64,000 bases of DNA, from assembly GCA_035193785.1 (NCBI GenBank), contig CP136572.1, forward strand, positions 4,052,578 to 4,116,577, given 5' to 3'. Of the stretch, positions 1-11,561 are shown one piece after another. Made by a program: the position numbers and the translations under genes. The notes under the pieces were generated by a model. The model made no database searches. It saw only the letters and a program-made list of their open reading frames with translations, and was not told the DNA's origin. Each line of letters opens with the position of its first letter. Positions within the stretch are counted from its first letter, which is position 1. Source of the stretch: Planktothrix sp. GU0601_MAG3. GTDB taxonomy: Bacteria; Cyanobacteriota; Cyanobacteriia; Cyanobacteriales; Microcoleaceae.

Positions 1-403
1 GTTTTATACAATAAAACGTCCTTGGAAAGTTGAGCGACCTATGATTAAAGATTTGCAGGATGATGGATATTCTGCAAAATATACTCAAATCCCCACAAAG
101 AAAAATCAGAGTTCAAACCAAATCTCTAAAACATTTAATCCCATTTATAAAAAAATTGAATCTCAGGATGATTTTAAATTTTCTTTAGTAGAAATAGTAA
201 AAACTTTATTGGGAAATAAAAAAAATTATGTAACAATTGATGAATTAAACAATCAGTTTTATACGAATTATGATCAGTCTATAAAAGAAGTTAGATCTAA
301 AATTTATCCTAATATTAAATTGATAGATCTACTACAAACAATTCCCGAACTAAAATTAGAAAAAATACAAAATACTTGGCGGATTACTCTTGATAAGTAT
401 TAA
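1..403 (+). CDS. C-terminal part of a probable NYN/LOTUS (OST-HTH) domain protein, 5'-truncated by the window edge
   Basis: Frame is open from position 2. The C-terminal segment (YVTIDELNNQF...KLIDLLQTIPELKLE) resembles a LOTUS winged helix. Confidence 0.5.
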   Translation, partial: FYTIKRPWKVERPMIKDLQDDGYSAKYTQIPTKKNQSSNQISKTFNPIYKKIESQDDFKFSLVEIVKTLLGNKKNYVTIDELNNQFYTNYDQSIKEVRSKIYPNIKLIDLLQTIPELKLEKIQNTWRITLDKY

Positions 404-421
404 CCTTTCCGATTTGTCGTA

Positions 422-461
422 GTCAGGGATGCGCGATTATGGTATTTTCTCGCACCCCGAC
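422..461. terminator. Imperfect hairpin between convergent genes
   Basis: GTCAGGGATGCGCGA...TCGCACCCCGAC lies between the stop at 403 and the topA stop at 491. Confidence 0.4.
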
Positions 462-490
462 AAAGGTAGCCATTAATCCCAAACAATAAA

Positions 491-3261
491 CTAAGAGCTA
501 GTTTTTTTGCTAGTAGTTGAGGACTTTTTGGCTGTGGTTTTGGTGGTTTTAGCTGTGGTTTTAGAAGCAGTTTTAGAAGCAGTTTTAGAAGCAGTTTTAG
601 AAGCAGTTTTAGAAGCAGTTTTTGTCGTTTTAGACTTACTCCGCGAACTCGAACCCGAATCCGCTTTTGCTGCTAATAATTCCAACGCTTGGGCTAAGGT
701 AAACGCCTCCACCGCCGCATCCTTGGGTAAGGAAGCATTGATTTTCCCATGTTTAACATAGGGCCCATAACGGCCATCATAAACATTCACAGGTTCATCA
801 TCTGCGGGATGGGTTCCTAACTCCCGTAGGGGCGGAACTTCTTTTTTACCCCGTCCCCCCCGACCACTGGTTTTCGGTTGGGCCAACAGTTCTAAAGCCC
901 GTTCTAAACTAACGGTTAATACGTCATCCGGGGCTTTCAGCGACCGATAATCCTTACCCTCTTTCCCCTGGTCATGGACAACATAAGGCCCAAACGGCCC
1001 CAAGGCGGCTTTAATCTTGGCCTCGGTTTCAGGATGGGTTCCTAATAGTCGCGGTAGGGCTAATAACCCCAAGGCCATTTCCACGGTGACGTTTTCCTTA
1101 TTAACGCCTTTAGGAATAGACACCCGTTTCGGTTTTTTACTGTCTTCTGCTTCTAACCCCAACTGCACATAGGGGCCATAGGGGCCAATTAAGATATAAA
1201 TGGTTTCTCCCGTTTCTGGGTGAACCCCTAATTTTTCTGGCCCTTCGGTTTTTTGTCCCACCAATTCCCGAATTACCTCCGGGGTTAAGTCCGCCGGAGT
1301 CAAATCTTGGGGAATGGAAGCGGTAATCATTTCCTCTCCAGTTCCCGCCTCAATATAGGGGCCAAACTTACCAATACAGACGCGATATTGAACCGGGTCA
1401 TCTTCGTCCCCCAAATTTTCCAACTCAATAGTTTCGGGCGACTTTGGTATCAATTTTACTGGCTTGGTCTTTCACCTGATTTTCCAGTCCAGCATCCCCT
1501 AAATAGAATTTTTCCAAATAGGGTAGCCAAGGAGCTTCCCCGGTAGCAATATCATCCAGGGTGTCCTCCATGCGGGCGGTAAATCGTAAATCGACTAAAT
1601 CCGGGAAATAGGTTTCTAGGAGGTTGGTAACCGCAAAGGCCGTAAAAGTGGGAATCAGGGCGTTATTTTTTAACTGAACATACCCCCGATCAATAATGGT
1701 TCCAATCACGCTGGCGTAGGTGCTAGGGCGACCAATCCCTTCACTTTCTAGGGTTTTAACTAAAGATGCTTCGGTAAAGCGAGCCGGAGGTTGGGTTTCG
1801 TGTCCAACTACATCTAACTTTTTGCAGTCGGGATGGTCGCCCACTTTCAGGGGTGGTAATAATACCTCTTGGTCTTCCAAGGCTGCTTCTGGGTCGTCGG
1901 AACCCTCCACATAGGCCCGCAGGAACCCAGGAAAATCAATCCGTTTTCCGGTACTGCGGAATCCGGCATCCTCAACTTTTAGCTCAACGGTAATATTAGT
2001 TTGGCGAGAGTCGGCCATCTGGGAGGCAACGGTACGCTTCCAAATTAAATCATAGAGGTTGAGTTCGGCTCCACTCAGGGCCGTTTCTTGGGGAGTACGG
2101 AAAGAACTTCCCGCCGGACGGATGGCTTCGTGGGCTTCCTGTGCTCCTTTGGATTTAGTTGTATATTGCCGAGGTTTGGGACTGAGGTAATTTTTCCCAT
2201 ATTTCTGTTCCACACATTCCCGGGCGGCGGTAATTGCCTGCTCCGATAAATGTACGGAATCTGTTCTCATATAGGTAATATAACCCCGCTCGTACAAACT
2301 CTGGGCGGTTTGCATGGTCTGACGGGCACTTAACCTGAGTTTCCGGTTAGATTCCTGTTGCAAGGTGGAGGTAGTAAACGGAGGGGAAGGTTTGCGAGTA
2401 ACGGCTTTTTCCTCTAAGTTGGCCACCGTCCAGGGTTTACCCGATAACCGTTGTTTTAAAGCCTCGGAAGCGGCTTCATCGAGTAAAACCACCTTCCGAC
2501 CTACGGCAATTTTTCCAGTGGTTTCATCGAAATCGCTCCCGGTTGCCACCTTCACCCCGGCCACACTCACCAGTTTGCTTTCAAATTTACTTCCCGCGCC
2601 CCCCTTTGCTAAGGGGTTGGGGGGGATATATTCCAAAAGGGCTTTTAAATCCCAATATCCCCCAGACCGGAAAGCCCGACGATCTCGTTCCCTACTGACC
2701 AGTAAACGCACCGCCACGGACTGTACCCGTCCGGCGGATAATCCCTTAGCAATTTTTTTCCACAACAGGGGGGAAAGGGTATAACCATAGAGGCGGTCGA
2801 GGATGCGGCGGGTTTCCTGGGCATGAAACCAGTTCTTCATCAACGGTGCGACAATTTTTCAGAGCTTCACGAATCGCTTCCTGGGTAATTTCGTGAAACA
2901 CCATCCGTTTAATTGGGACTTTCGGTTTCAGAATTTGGAGTAGATGCCAACTAATGCTCTCTCCCTCGCGGTCTTCGTCAGTAGCGAGAACAAGTTCGTC
3001 CGCTTCTTTGAGGGCTGCTTTAAGTTCCTTAACAATTTTTTGCTTATCTTTGGGGATAATGTAAATGGGTTCAAAGTTCCCTTCCACATTCACTCCCAGT
3101 TTTGCCCACGTTTCTCCCTTATATTCTTCGGGGATTTCCTCAGCAGAGGGGGGAAGGTCACGGACATGACCCATTGAGGCTTCTACCCGATAGCTCGATG
3201 GTAAGAAGTTGCGAATGGTACGGGCTTTGGTTGGAGATTCAACAATGACTAAAGTTGACAT
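491..3261 (-). CDS. topA: DNA topoisomerase I (type IA), split by +1 insertions at ~2825 and ~1431
   Basis: TOPRIM motifs [10 protein letters not shown] and [17 protein letters not shown], catalytic [17 protein letters not shown]-terminal GxYGPY repeats and a Lys-rich tail. Three ORFs join on removing one base at each GAAAC/GTTTC. Confidence 0.97.
559..618. repeat. Coding 12-bp tandem repeat (TTTTAGAAGCAG x5) encoding KTAS repeats in the TopA tail
   Basis: Five exact copies read directly. Confidence 0.9.
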
Positions 3262-3507
3262 AGCACCTTCTCAGGTTACAGCAAACACCGGACTTGGGGA
3301 ATGAAGAAAAGCGTTGGGAATTGCTTTTGTTGACAATATTAGCACTACCTGTAGCCCACAAAACTTTGGTTACACCCTGAAAGGGTTAGGTGTAGGGATC
3401 TCCACACACTCACTATATGATTAAATTTTAGATGCCCAACTGAAGACAGTTGCCGCTGGATCTAAACGATAGCAAAAATTTCTAGTCAATCCATCACCTA
3501 AATAACT

Positions 3508-3849
3508 ATGAGTAATCACCTTCTTGTCATTCAAGATTCGGAATTTGACTCCGAAGTTCTTCAAGCAGAATCACCGGTTTTAGTCTATTTTTGGGCGGGT
3601 TGGTGTGGCCCTTGTCGGCTTGTCTCTCCTTCTATGGAAGCGATCGCTACAACCTATAGCGATCGCTTAAAAGTGGTGAAAATGGAGATCGATCTCAATC
3701 CGATCACCGTGAAATCCTATAAAGTAGAAGGGGTTCCAGCCTTGAAATTATTTAAGGCTGGGGAGGTTGTCCAGTCCCATGAAGGCGCCATTCCTAAATC
3801 TAAATTAATCGATTGGCTAGAAGCTGGTTTAGCGGATCATCTGGATTGA
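3508..3849 (+). CDS. Thioredoxin (probably x-type)
   Basis: WCGPC active site, 113 aa, typical Trx fold residues. Confidence 0.92.
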   Translation: MSNHLLVIQDSEFDSEVLQAESPVLVYFWAGWCGPCRLVSPSMEAIATTYSDRLKVVKMEIDLNPITVKSYKVEGVPALKLFKAGEVVQSHEGAIPKSKLIDWLEAGLADHLD

Positions 3850-3982
3850 TTCTCGGGTCTGAAGCCTGCCCCCATAAAAACCTTCCGTGAAAATCGGGAG
3901 GGGGCGCACTCGTTTTCAATCTCCCAGATATGTTTTTAAACATGAGTTTTTTCTATTCCCTATTCCCTGTTTTTTGTTACCC

Positions 3983-4014
3983 ATTCGTAATTCGTAATTC
4001 GTAATTCGTAATTC
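3983..4014 (+). repeat. STRR heptamer (ATTCGTA)x4
   Basis: Tandem heptamers; same unit at 31706-31730 and 59614-59638. Confidence 0.85.
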
Positions 4015-4041
4015 CCTGTTCCCGTTTTTTTATAATTCATT

Positions 4042-5245
4042 ATGAAATTTGCTAATCGTTTAGATCTATTGCGCTCTAATGTTTTTGCTGATATGGATCG
4101 AGCTAAAGCTAAGGCTGTATTAGCAGGACAAGATTTAATTGATTTATCCTTGGGTTCTTCCGATTTACCTGCTGCTGATCATATTATTACCGAGATCCAG
4201 GCATCTTTATCCGATCCGAGTACCCATGGTTATCTATTATTTCGCAATACCCGGGAGTTTCGGGAAACCGTCGCCCAGTGGTACAGCAACCGCTATGGAA
4301 TTACGGTTGATCCAGAAACCGAGGTTTTACAATTAATTGGTTCCCAGGAAGGAACGGCCCATTTGCCCCTGGCTATCCTCAACCCGGGTGATTTTGCCCT
4401 ATTACAAGATCCGGGTTATCCCTCCCATTTGGGCGGGGTCTATTTAGCCGGGGGGCAAATGTATCCGATGCCTTTACTGGCGGAAAATGACTTTTTACCT
4501 GTGTTTGAGGATATTCCCGAAACCGTATTAAAACAATCTCGGATGATGGTCTTGAGTTATCCCCATAATCCCACCTCCGCCACGGCTCCTTTATCCTTTT
4601 TCCAGCAGGCGGTGGAATTTTGCCAAAACCATGATTTAGTGTTAGTTCACGATTTTCCCTATATGGATTTTGTCTTTCCCCGGGGCGAACAAACTATTGC
4701 TGAATTAGCCCCATCTATTTTACAAGCCGATCCGAATAAAACCGTTTCCATTGAGTTCTTTACTTTTTCTAAGTCCTATAATATGGGGGGCTTCCGGGTG
4801 GGATTTGCTATTGGGAATGCCGAATTAATTTTGGCTTTACGCCGGATTAAAGCTGTGGTTGATTTTAACCAATATCAAGGAATTTTGAAGGGAGCGATCG
4901 CGGCTTTAACCGGGCCACAGGAACATATTGCCCAGAATATGAATATCTTTGCAGCCCGACGGGATGCGTTTATTCAAGGAATGCAGAATATTGGCTGGAA
5001 TATCCCGAAACCCGAAGCGACCCTATATATTTGGGCGAAACTTCCTGAGCCCTGGTCAGGGGATTCTATTGGTTTTTGTCAACAACTGGTGGAAAAAACA
5101 GGAGTCGCCGCCTCTGCGGGGGTAGGATTTGGCCAATCCGGTGAAGGATATGTCCGATTTGCCCTAGTTTCATCCCCCCGAGGTTTTAGCAACGGCGGTA
5201 GACCGAATTGCCGAATTTCTAAGAACATCCAAACCCACCATTTAA
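4042..5245 (+). CDS. PLP-dependent class I/II aminotransferase (LL-diaminopimelate aminotransferase-like); +1 insertion at ~5167
   Basis: YPHNPT, HDFPY, SKSYNMGGFRVG and GEGYVRFAL motifs. The corrected C-terminus VHPPEVLATAVDRIAEFL ends at TAA 5243-5245. Confidence 0.88.
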
Positions 5246-5425
5246 GCTGAGAAAAACCCAGAATCAATCATTTTCAATTATCAATAATTAACTTTAAATT
5301 TGTTCTGTGCCGGGGTAGGAAAAGCTTTTGAACCTGAAATCTTAAAATTTGTTAATTGACTAAATATTTAGCTCCCTTCCCCGATACACTCAATAAGCAG
5401 GTCAGTCCAGAAGTCCCAAGCTATT

Positions 5426-6703
5426 ATGTCTAGTACAATCTCGCAACCTTCAAATTCTGAGCCAACAACTCCGATAACCCGCCATCAAATTGTGATTGTT
5501 GGGGGAGGAGCCGGAGGAATTACCGTCGCCGCCCAATTGCTGCGGAAAAATTCCAGCCTCGATATTGCTATTATTGAACCCTCAGATAAACATTATTATC
5601 AACCCGCTTGGACGTTGGTGGGTGGGGGAGCCTATAAAATTGAAGATACAATTAAGGAGGAAAAAGACTGTATTCCCCCGGGTGTCAAGTGGATTAAAGC
5701 CTACGCGGATAAATTTGAACCCGAAAATAATTTAGTGATTACAAAAGATGGTCAACGCATTAATTATCAATACTTAGTGGTTTGTCCGGGGATTCAAATT
5801 GATTGGCATTTAGTTGAGGGATTAAAAGATGCTATTGGGAAAAATGGTGTCACCAGTAATTATTCCCTGGAATACGCCCCCTACACTTGGGAATTGTTGA
5901 AAAATTTTAAAGGGGGAACGGCAATTTTTACCTTTCCATCTACACCAATTAAATGTGGAGGGGCCCCCCAAAAAATTATGTATTTAGCCGATGAGACCTT
6001 CCGCAATAATGGGGTACGGGAAAAAAGCCGGGTGATGTATTGTACGGCGGTAGCTAAAATGTTCCCGATTCCTGGCTATTGTGAAGCCTTGGAAAAAGTG
6101 GTAGAACGTCAGAATATTGAGGTTAATTATAAACATAATCTGAAAGCAATTAAACCGGAAACAAAAGAAGCAATTTTTACGGTAACAACCGATAACGGTG
6201 TGGAGGAAGTCAGTATTAAATATGATTTCATTCACGTTACGCCGCCCATGAGTTCTCCTGATTTTATTAAGAATAGTCCCCTAGCAGTGCAACCGGGGGG
6301 ATGGGTAGATGTGAATAAAAACACGTTACAACATAATGTTTATCCGAATGTTTTTGCATTAGGAGATGCGTCTTCTTTACCGACTTCTAAAACGGCGGCG
6401 GCTATTCGGAAACAAGCGCCTGCTTTAGTGGAAAATCTTTATGGGTTAATTTATGCTCAAAAACTAACGGGAAGTTATGATGGTTATACCTGTTGTCCGT
6501 TAATTACGGGTTACGGAAAAACGATTATGGCGGAGTTTACATACCAGAATAAACCCGACTCTAGTTTTCCTTTTGATCCCACACAAGAACGTTATATTAT
6601 GTGGTTAGCCAAGCGTTATATTTTACCTTGGTTATATTGGAACCGGATGTTAAAAGGCGCACCCTTTGAAGCGGAACGTTTGAAAAAGTTAACCGGAAAA
6701 TAA
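5426..6703 (+). CDS. sqr: Sulfide:quinone oxidoreductase (type II-like FAD oxidoreductase)
   Basis: GGGAGG FAD motif, HYYQPAWTLVGGG, IKCGGAPQK, FALGD, SKTAAA, YDGYTCCPL. Confidence 0.85.
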   Translation: MSSTISQPSNSEPTTPITRHQIVIVGGGAGGITVAAQLLRKNSSLDIAIIEPSDKHYYQPAWTLVGGGAYKIEDTIKEEKDCIPPGVKWIKAYADKFEPENNLVITKDGQRINYQYLVVCPGIQIDWHLVEGLKDAIGKNGVTSNYSLEYAPYTWELLKNFKGGTAIFTFPSTPIKCGGAPQKIMYLADETFRNNGVREKSRVMYCTAVAKMFPIPGYCEALEKVVERQNIEVNYKHNLKAIKPETKEAIFTVTTDNGVEEVSIKYDFIHVTPPMSSPDFIKNSPLAVQPGGWVDVNKNTLQHNVYPNVFALGDASSLPTSKTAAAIRKQAPALVENLYGLIYAQKLTGSYDGYTCCPLITGYGKTIMAEFTYQNKPDSSFPFDPTQERYIMWLAKRYILPWLYWNRMLKGAPFEAERLKKLTGK

Positions 6704-6729
6704 CGTAGTAAGCCCTTTAGGGCTTCCAC

Positions 6730-6760
6730 AGACAGTTGACTATTATATAATCAACTGTCT
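6730..6760. terminator. Bidirectional terminator-like hairpin between sqr and asnS
   Basis: Perfect 10-bp stem AGACAGTTGA / TCAACTGTCT between convergent stops. Confidence 0.7.
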
Positions 6761-6772
6761 ACCATCAACTAT

Positions 6773-8165
6773 TTAAAACTCAATGGTTTGTGGCGCTCTG
6801 GGGAAGGGAATCACATCCCGAATATTCCCCATCCCCGTCATAAATTGTACCACCCGATCAAATCCTAATCCGAATCCGGCGTGGGGGACGGTTTCCATAT
6901 TTTCTCAATTCCAAATACCACCATAATTCCTCTGGATTTATTCCTAAAGTTTTCATGCGGTTTTCTAACATTTCTAACCGTTCTTCCCGTTGGGAACCTC
7001 CGACAATTTCTCCAATTTTCGGAGCTAAAACATCCATAGCCCGAACGGTTTTTCCATCCTCATTTAAGCGCATATAAAAGGCTTTAATTTCTTTAGGATA
7101 GTCCGTGACAATTGTGGGTTTTTTAAAGTATTCTTCTGCTAGATAACGTTCATGTTCCGATTGTAAATCCAACCCCCAACTCACCGGATATTCAAACTTT
7201 TTATCCGCTTTTTCTAAAATTGCGATCGCTTCGGTATAAGTAATTCTTCCAAACTCATTATTAATAATATTATGAGCCGTTTCTAATACCGATTTATCAA
7301 TCCTTTCATTAAAAAATTCCATGTCTTCAGGACATTTTTCTAACACCGATTTAAAGATATGTTTTAAGAAATCTTCGGCTAAATCCATATCTCCTTCTAA
7401 ATCACAAAAAGCCATTTCCGGTTCAATCATCCAAAATTCCGCTAAATGGCGAGAAGTATTAGAATTTTCCGCCCGAAATGTCGGCCCAAAAGTATAAACA
7501 TTCCCAAACGCCATCGCCATAATTTCCGCTTCTAATTGCCCACTTACGGTTAAATAAGCGGGTTTTCCAAAGAAGTCTTGACTATAATCTACCTGTTTAG
7601 ATTCTGTTAGGGGAATATCCTTTAATTTAAAATTAGTTACACCAAACATTTCCCCGGCTCCTTCACAATCACTGGAAGTAATAATCGGAGTATGAACCCA
7701 TAAAAAACCCCGTTCTTGGAAGAATTCATGCACCGCCGAAGCACAGGCATTTCTCACTCGAAAAACTGCCCCCAATGTATTAGTCCGGGCGCGTAGATGC
7801 CCAATTTCGCGGAGAAATTCAAAGGAATGACGTTTTTTTTGTAAGGGATAGGTTTCGGCGTCTGCTTCCCCATAAACCTTAATCTCAGATGCTTTTAATT
7901 CTATCCGTTGTCCCTTAGCGGGAGACTCGACTAATACCCCGGAAATTTCTACCGAAGCCCCCGTATTTAGTTGTTTTAAAATATTCCCATATTCGGCTAA
8001 ATCAGGATTTAATACTACTTGCAAATTCGCCAAAGCTGAACCATCATTAATTTCTACAAAGGTAAATTCTTTTAACTCCCGTTTAGTTCTGACCCAACCC
8101 TGAACTGTTACGTTTTCGTCGGGTTTACCCGTTCTCAAAAGTTGAATAATTCTACTCACGGTCAT
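6773..8165 (-). CDS. asnS: Asparagine--tRNA ligase; +1 insertion at ~6891
   Basis: GWVRTKR OB fold, [38 protein letters not shown]. Corrected end [30 protein letters not shown]. Confidence 0.97.
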
Positions 8166-8198
8166 GGTTTTATCCTTTTTTTCAGTAATCAGTCATCA

Positions 8199-8222
8199 GT
8201 AGAGACGTGCCACGGCGCGTCT
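8199..8222. repeat. GTAG-type REP-like palindrome (GTAGAGACGYGCCAYGGCRCGTCT family)
   Basis: Near-identical copies at 36784-36811, 45364-45391, 50383-50410 and 50488-50513. Confidence 0.8.
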
Positions 8223-8223
8223 G

Positions 8224-8947
8224 TTAACTAAACCCGTGTTCAGCTAAAAACTCCGGGGTAATTTCTGTTAGGGCGGAAATTGCCGGAATATTATCATAAG
8301 TTTCAACATAATTCAAGTTTCCTTTGAGATAACTTTGGAGAAATTTACCAACATATTTTCCTAAAATATCTGCTTCAATATTAACCCAACTTCCCGGTTG
8401 TAAATAGCTTAAATTAGTTTCTTGATAACTATGGGGAATAACCGCCACTTCAAACCAATTACCCTCAAGATCACAATCGGAAATTGTTAGACTAATCCCA
8501 TTGACCGCAATGCTACCTTTGGGCACAATATAAGGAGCAATTTGACGCCGCCAAATATTGCTGGCACTAACGGGAGCCCCAAACCGCATTTCCCAAGAAA
8601 CTGGCTGTCGAAATCACGGACTGGAGACAACCGACTCCATCAATATGACCCGTAACAAAATGTCCCCCTAACTTACTTCCGGCTCTTAGGGACGTTTCTA
8701 AGTTAAAATAACCTTCTAAACTCTGTCCCAGTTTTGTCCGATTTAAAGTCTCAGGAGATGCCGTGGCGACAAACCCTTTATCCCGAATTTCTACCACCGT
8801 CAGACAAACTCCATCTACTGCTACACTATCGCCGATGGCCAAATCCTGGAAAATTGAATCCACATCCCCCAAAACGCAACTAATTTGGAATTGATCTTGT
8901 CCTATAGATTGAAGGGTTGCCAGCGCTTGAATGAGTCCTGTAAACAT
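8224..8947 (-). CDS. ribE: Riboflavin synthase (alpha chain); +1 insertion at ~8597
   Basis: MFTGLIQ start, GDSVAVDGVCLT, GGHFVTGHIDG, KGSIAVNGISLT, VNIEADILGKY. Confidence 0.95.
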
Positions 8948-9139
8948 AGAGCAGTTAGTTTTAAAGGTTGAGGTGTTGATGGTTGAGGTGTTCACGGTTA
9001 ACGGTTAATACCTCAACGGCTAAAATCCAATGTCGATTCCGACAAAAATCAAGGCATACTGGAATAAAGTCGGTGTGAGTGTGTATCGCTTAACCACTGA
9101 GTTTGTCGGGAATATTTGATAGAGAGGCTAATAAACCCA

Positions 9140-9649
9140 ATGATTGAAATGAAAGTCGCTGGAATTGCACTCGACGCGGCTACACGCAGCCCCATTATTC
9201 TACTGCGAGATGCGGTCGAGAGACGTGCTTTGCCGATTTATGTAGGCCAGGATCAAGCCAAGTCCATTCTCGGTGCTTTAGAAAACCATAAACCACCCCG
9301 ACCCCTGACCCATGATCTATTTGTTAATCTTCTCGAAACTTGGGACATGACCCTAGAAAAGATTATCATTCATTCCTTGCAAGATAGCACGTTTTATGCA
9401 GTGTTAATTGTACGTCAAGGAGAAATCAGGAAGGAAATTGATGCTCGTCCTAGTGATGCAATTGCAATTGCTTTGCGCACCGATAGCCCAATTTGGGTGA
9501 TGGAAGAAGTAATTGCCGATGCTTCTATTCCTGTGGACAGGGACGCAGATGAGGCGGAAAGACGGGCATTTCGAGACTTTATCTCTAATTTGAGTCCTTC
9601 GGATTTAATCAAACGTTCAGAATTGAATAAAACCGATGAAACACAATAG
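9140..9649 (+). CDS. Bifunctional nuclease family protein (DUF151)
   Basis: LPIYVG, RPLTHDL and IDARPSDAIAIALR motifs. Confidence 0.92.
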   Translation: MIEMKVAGIALDAATRSPIILLRDAVERRALPIYVGQDQAKSILGALENHKPPRPLTHDLFVNLLETWDMTLEKIIIHSLQDSTFYAVLIVRQGEIRKEIDARPSDAIAIALRTDSPIWVMEEVIADASIPVDRDADEAERRAFRDFISNLSPSDLIKRSELNKTDETQ

Positions 9650-9760
9650 GAGAGCAGGGGGAGTGGGGGAGCAGGGGAGGCAGGGGGAGTAGGAGGAGCA
9701 GGGGGAGCAGGGGAGCAGGGGAGCAGGGGAGCAGGGGAAGTAGGGGAGCAGGGGAAGTAG
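9649..9760 (+). repeat. G-rich 8/9-mer tandem repeat (GGGGAGCA variants)
   Basis: About 12 degenerate units right after the stop codon. Confidence 0.85.
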
Positions 9761-9845
9761 TGCGTATTTACTTGCTAATAACCCCAAAACTAATAATAAC
9801 TAAGAAGCAACAGTTAATCATCAACTAATTATCAACATATCAATA

Positions 9846-10967
9846 ATGCGTTATAGACGGTTTGGCAAAACGAACCTGAATTTTTCTGTATTTTCCTTGG
9901 GGACGATGCGTTATTTAGCATCTCCAGAAAATGCCTATTTAACAGTCAAAAAAGCGATTTCTCTAGGGATAAATCATATTGAAACCGCCCAGGGTTATGG
10001 TGAAAGTGAATCTTTTTTAGGGGCGGCAATATTAGGAGGTTTGTCAATAGAGCGATCGCAATTTTATGTGACGACTAAAATCACCCCCAATTCTAACCCA
10101 GATGTGTTAGAAAAAAAAATTGATCAATCCCTAGAACGCCTGAATTTAGATTATCTCGACTGTCTGGCAATTCATGGAATTAATACCAGAGAACACCTAG
10201 AACAAACCCTTCAAGGACTATCAGGAGTTGAGAAGGCGATCGCCGATGGTCGAGTACATCATTTAGGTTTTTCAACTCATGCTCCCCTGGCAATCATTTT
10301 AGAGGCAATTAATACAGATTTATTTCAATTTGTCAATCTACATTATTACTATTTTTTTCAAAGAAATGCGATCGCCCTTGAGTTGGCGGCTAAAAAGGAT
10401 ATGGGGATTTTTATTATTTCTCCGGTGGATAAAGGTGGACAACTTTATGCTCCTCCAGAAACTTTAAAAAACCTCTGTGATCCGATTTCTCCCCTAATAT
10501 TAAATTATCGATTCTTATTAAATGATCACCGGATTACAACTTTAAGTTTAGGGGCGACGACCCCCGATGATTTAGATGACTTTTTAAAAGTAGCCGACCA
10601 AGAAGTTGAATTAACCTCAGAAGAAATAGCCATTTTCCAACAATTAGAAACTCAACAAATAGAACGTTTAGGAACAACAAAATGTAGTCAATGTAATCAA
10701 TGTTTACCCTGTCCAGAACAGATTAATATTCCCGAAGTATTACGGTTAAGAAATTTAGCCCTAGCCTACGATATGATCGAATTTGGCAAATATCGTTATC
10801 AAATGTTTGAAAATGCTGGTCATTGGTTCCCAGGAAATAAAGCAAATCGTTGTAATGACTGTGGCGACTGTTTACCCCGTTGTCCTGAACAATTAGACAT
10901 TCCCACTTTATTAAGAGATACCCACGAACTGCTGAAGGGGACAGAAAGAAAACGACTTTGGGAATAA
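9846..10967 (+). CDS. Aldo/keto reductase with C-terminal Fe-S dicluster domain
   Basis: RRFGKT, SLGTMR, HIETAQGYGESE, CSQCNQCLPCP and CNDCGDCLPRCP. Confidence 0.9.
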   Translation: MRYRRFGKTNLNFSVFSLGTMRYLASPENAYLTVKKAISLGINHIETAQGYGESESFLGAAILGGLSIERSQFYVTTKITPNSNPDVLEKKIDQSLERLNLDYLDCLAIHGINTREHLEQTLQGLSGVEKAIADGRVHHLGFSTHAPLAIILEAINTDLFQFVNLHYYYFFQRNAIALELAAKKDMGIFIISPVDKGGQLYAPPETLKNLCDPISPLILNYRFLLNDHRITTLSLGATTPDDLDDFLKVADQEVELTSEEIAIFQQLETQQIERLGTTKCSQCNQCLPCPEQINIPEVLRLRNLALAYDMIEFGKYRYQMFENAGHWFPGNKANRCNDCGDCLPRCPEQLDIPTLLRDTHELLKGTERKRLWE

Positions 10968-11017
10968 AAATTATTCTACTTTGTGTCTTTGTGATTAATT
11001 TTATCCTATTTTAATTT

Positions 11018-11548
11018 ATGAATTTTATCAATAAAATAGCTAAATTTTTTATCTGGATCTTGATTTTTAATAGTTTAATTTATCCCGTAAGATCACAGAC
11101 ATATCCAGAAAAAGATAGTTTACCCGTTGACCTGAATAAACCTACTAAACACTGTTTTTCAGAAGATGCTGTTTTACCCTTTCCTCCCCTATCTCAAACG
11201 GAACCGAGTATTCCTAATCTTTGGTTAGCCGAAAAACTTTATGAAGATAAAGTTATGAAAACTTGGTATATTGAGGATAGCATTGTGCAACTTTCACCTA
11301 ATCTTTATTTAGATTCTTCTATAACATTAGTAGTAGACCGAGAAAAATGGAATGCAGAACAGTATTTAGGACAATATGTATTGGTAAACAGATTTGCAAC
11401 CGTAGCTCAAAGTTATGGTTATAATTTGCGAGTTTGTAACCTTCAAGGAGATTTACTTGCCTATTATTACTGTGATTTTACCATATCTCCTTTAGACTGT
11501 AAGGTTAAAATACGATCTACTGGTTTAAGAAGACGAGATTTTAAATAG
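11018..11548 (+). CDS. Conserved cyanobacterial exported hypothetical protein
   Basis: 176-aa ORF with an N-terminal signal-like helix and YGYNLRV motif. Confidence 0.65.
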   Translation: MNFINKIAKFFIWILIFNSLIYPVRSQTYPEKDSLPVDLNKPTKHCFSEDAVLPFPPLSQTEPSIPNLWLAEKLYEDKVMKTWYIEDSIVQLSPNLYLDSSITLVVDREKWNAEQYLGQYVLVNRFATVAQSYGYNLRVCNLQGDLLAYYYCDFTISPLDCKVKIRSTGLRRRDFK

Positions 11549-11561
11549 GAGTCAACTAATT

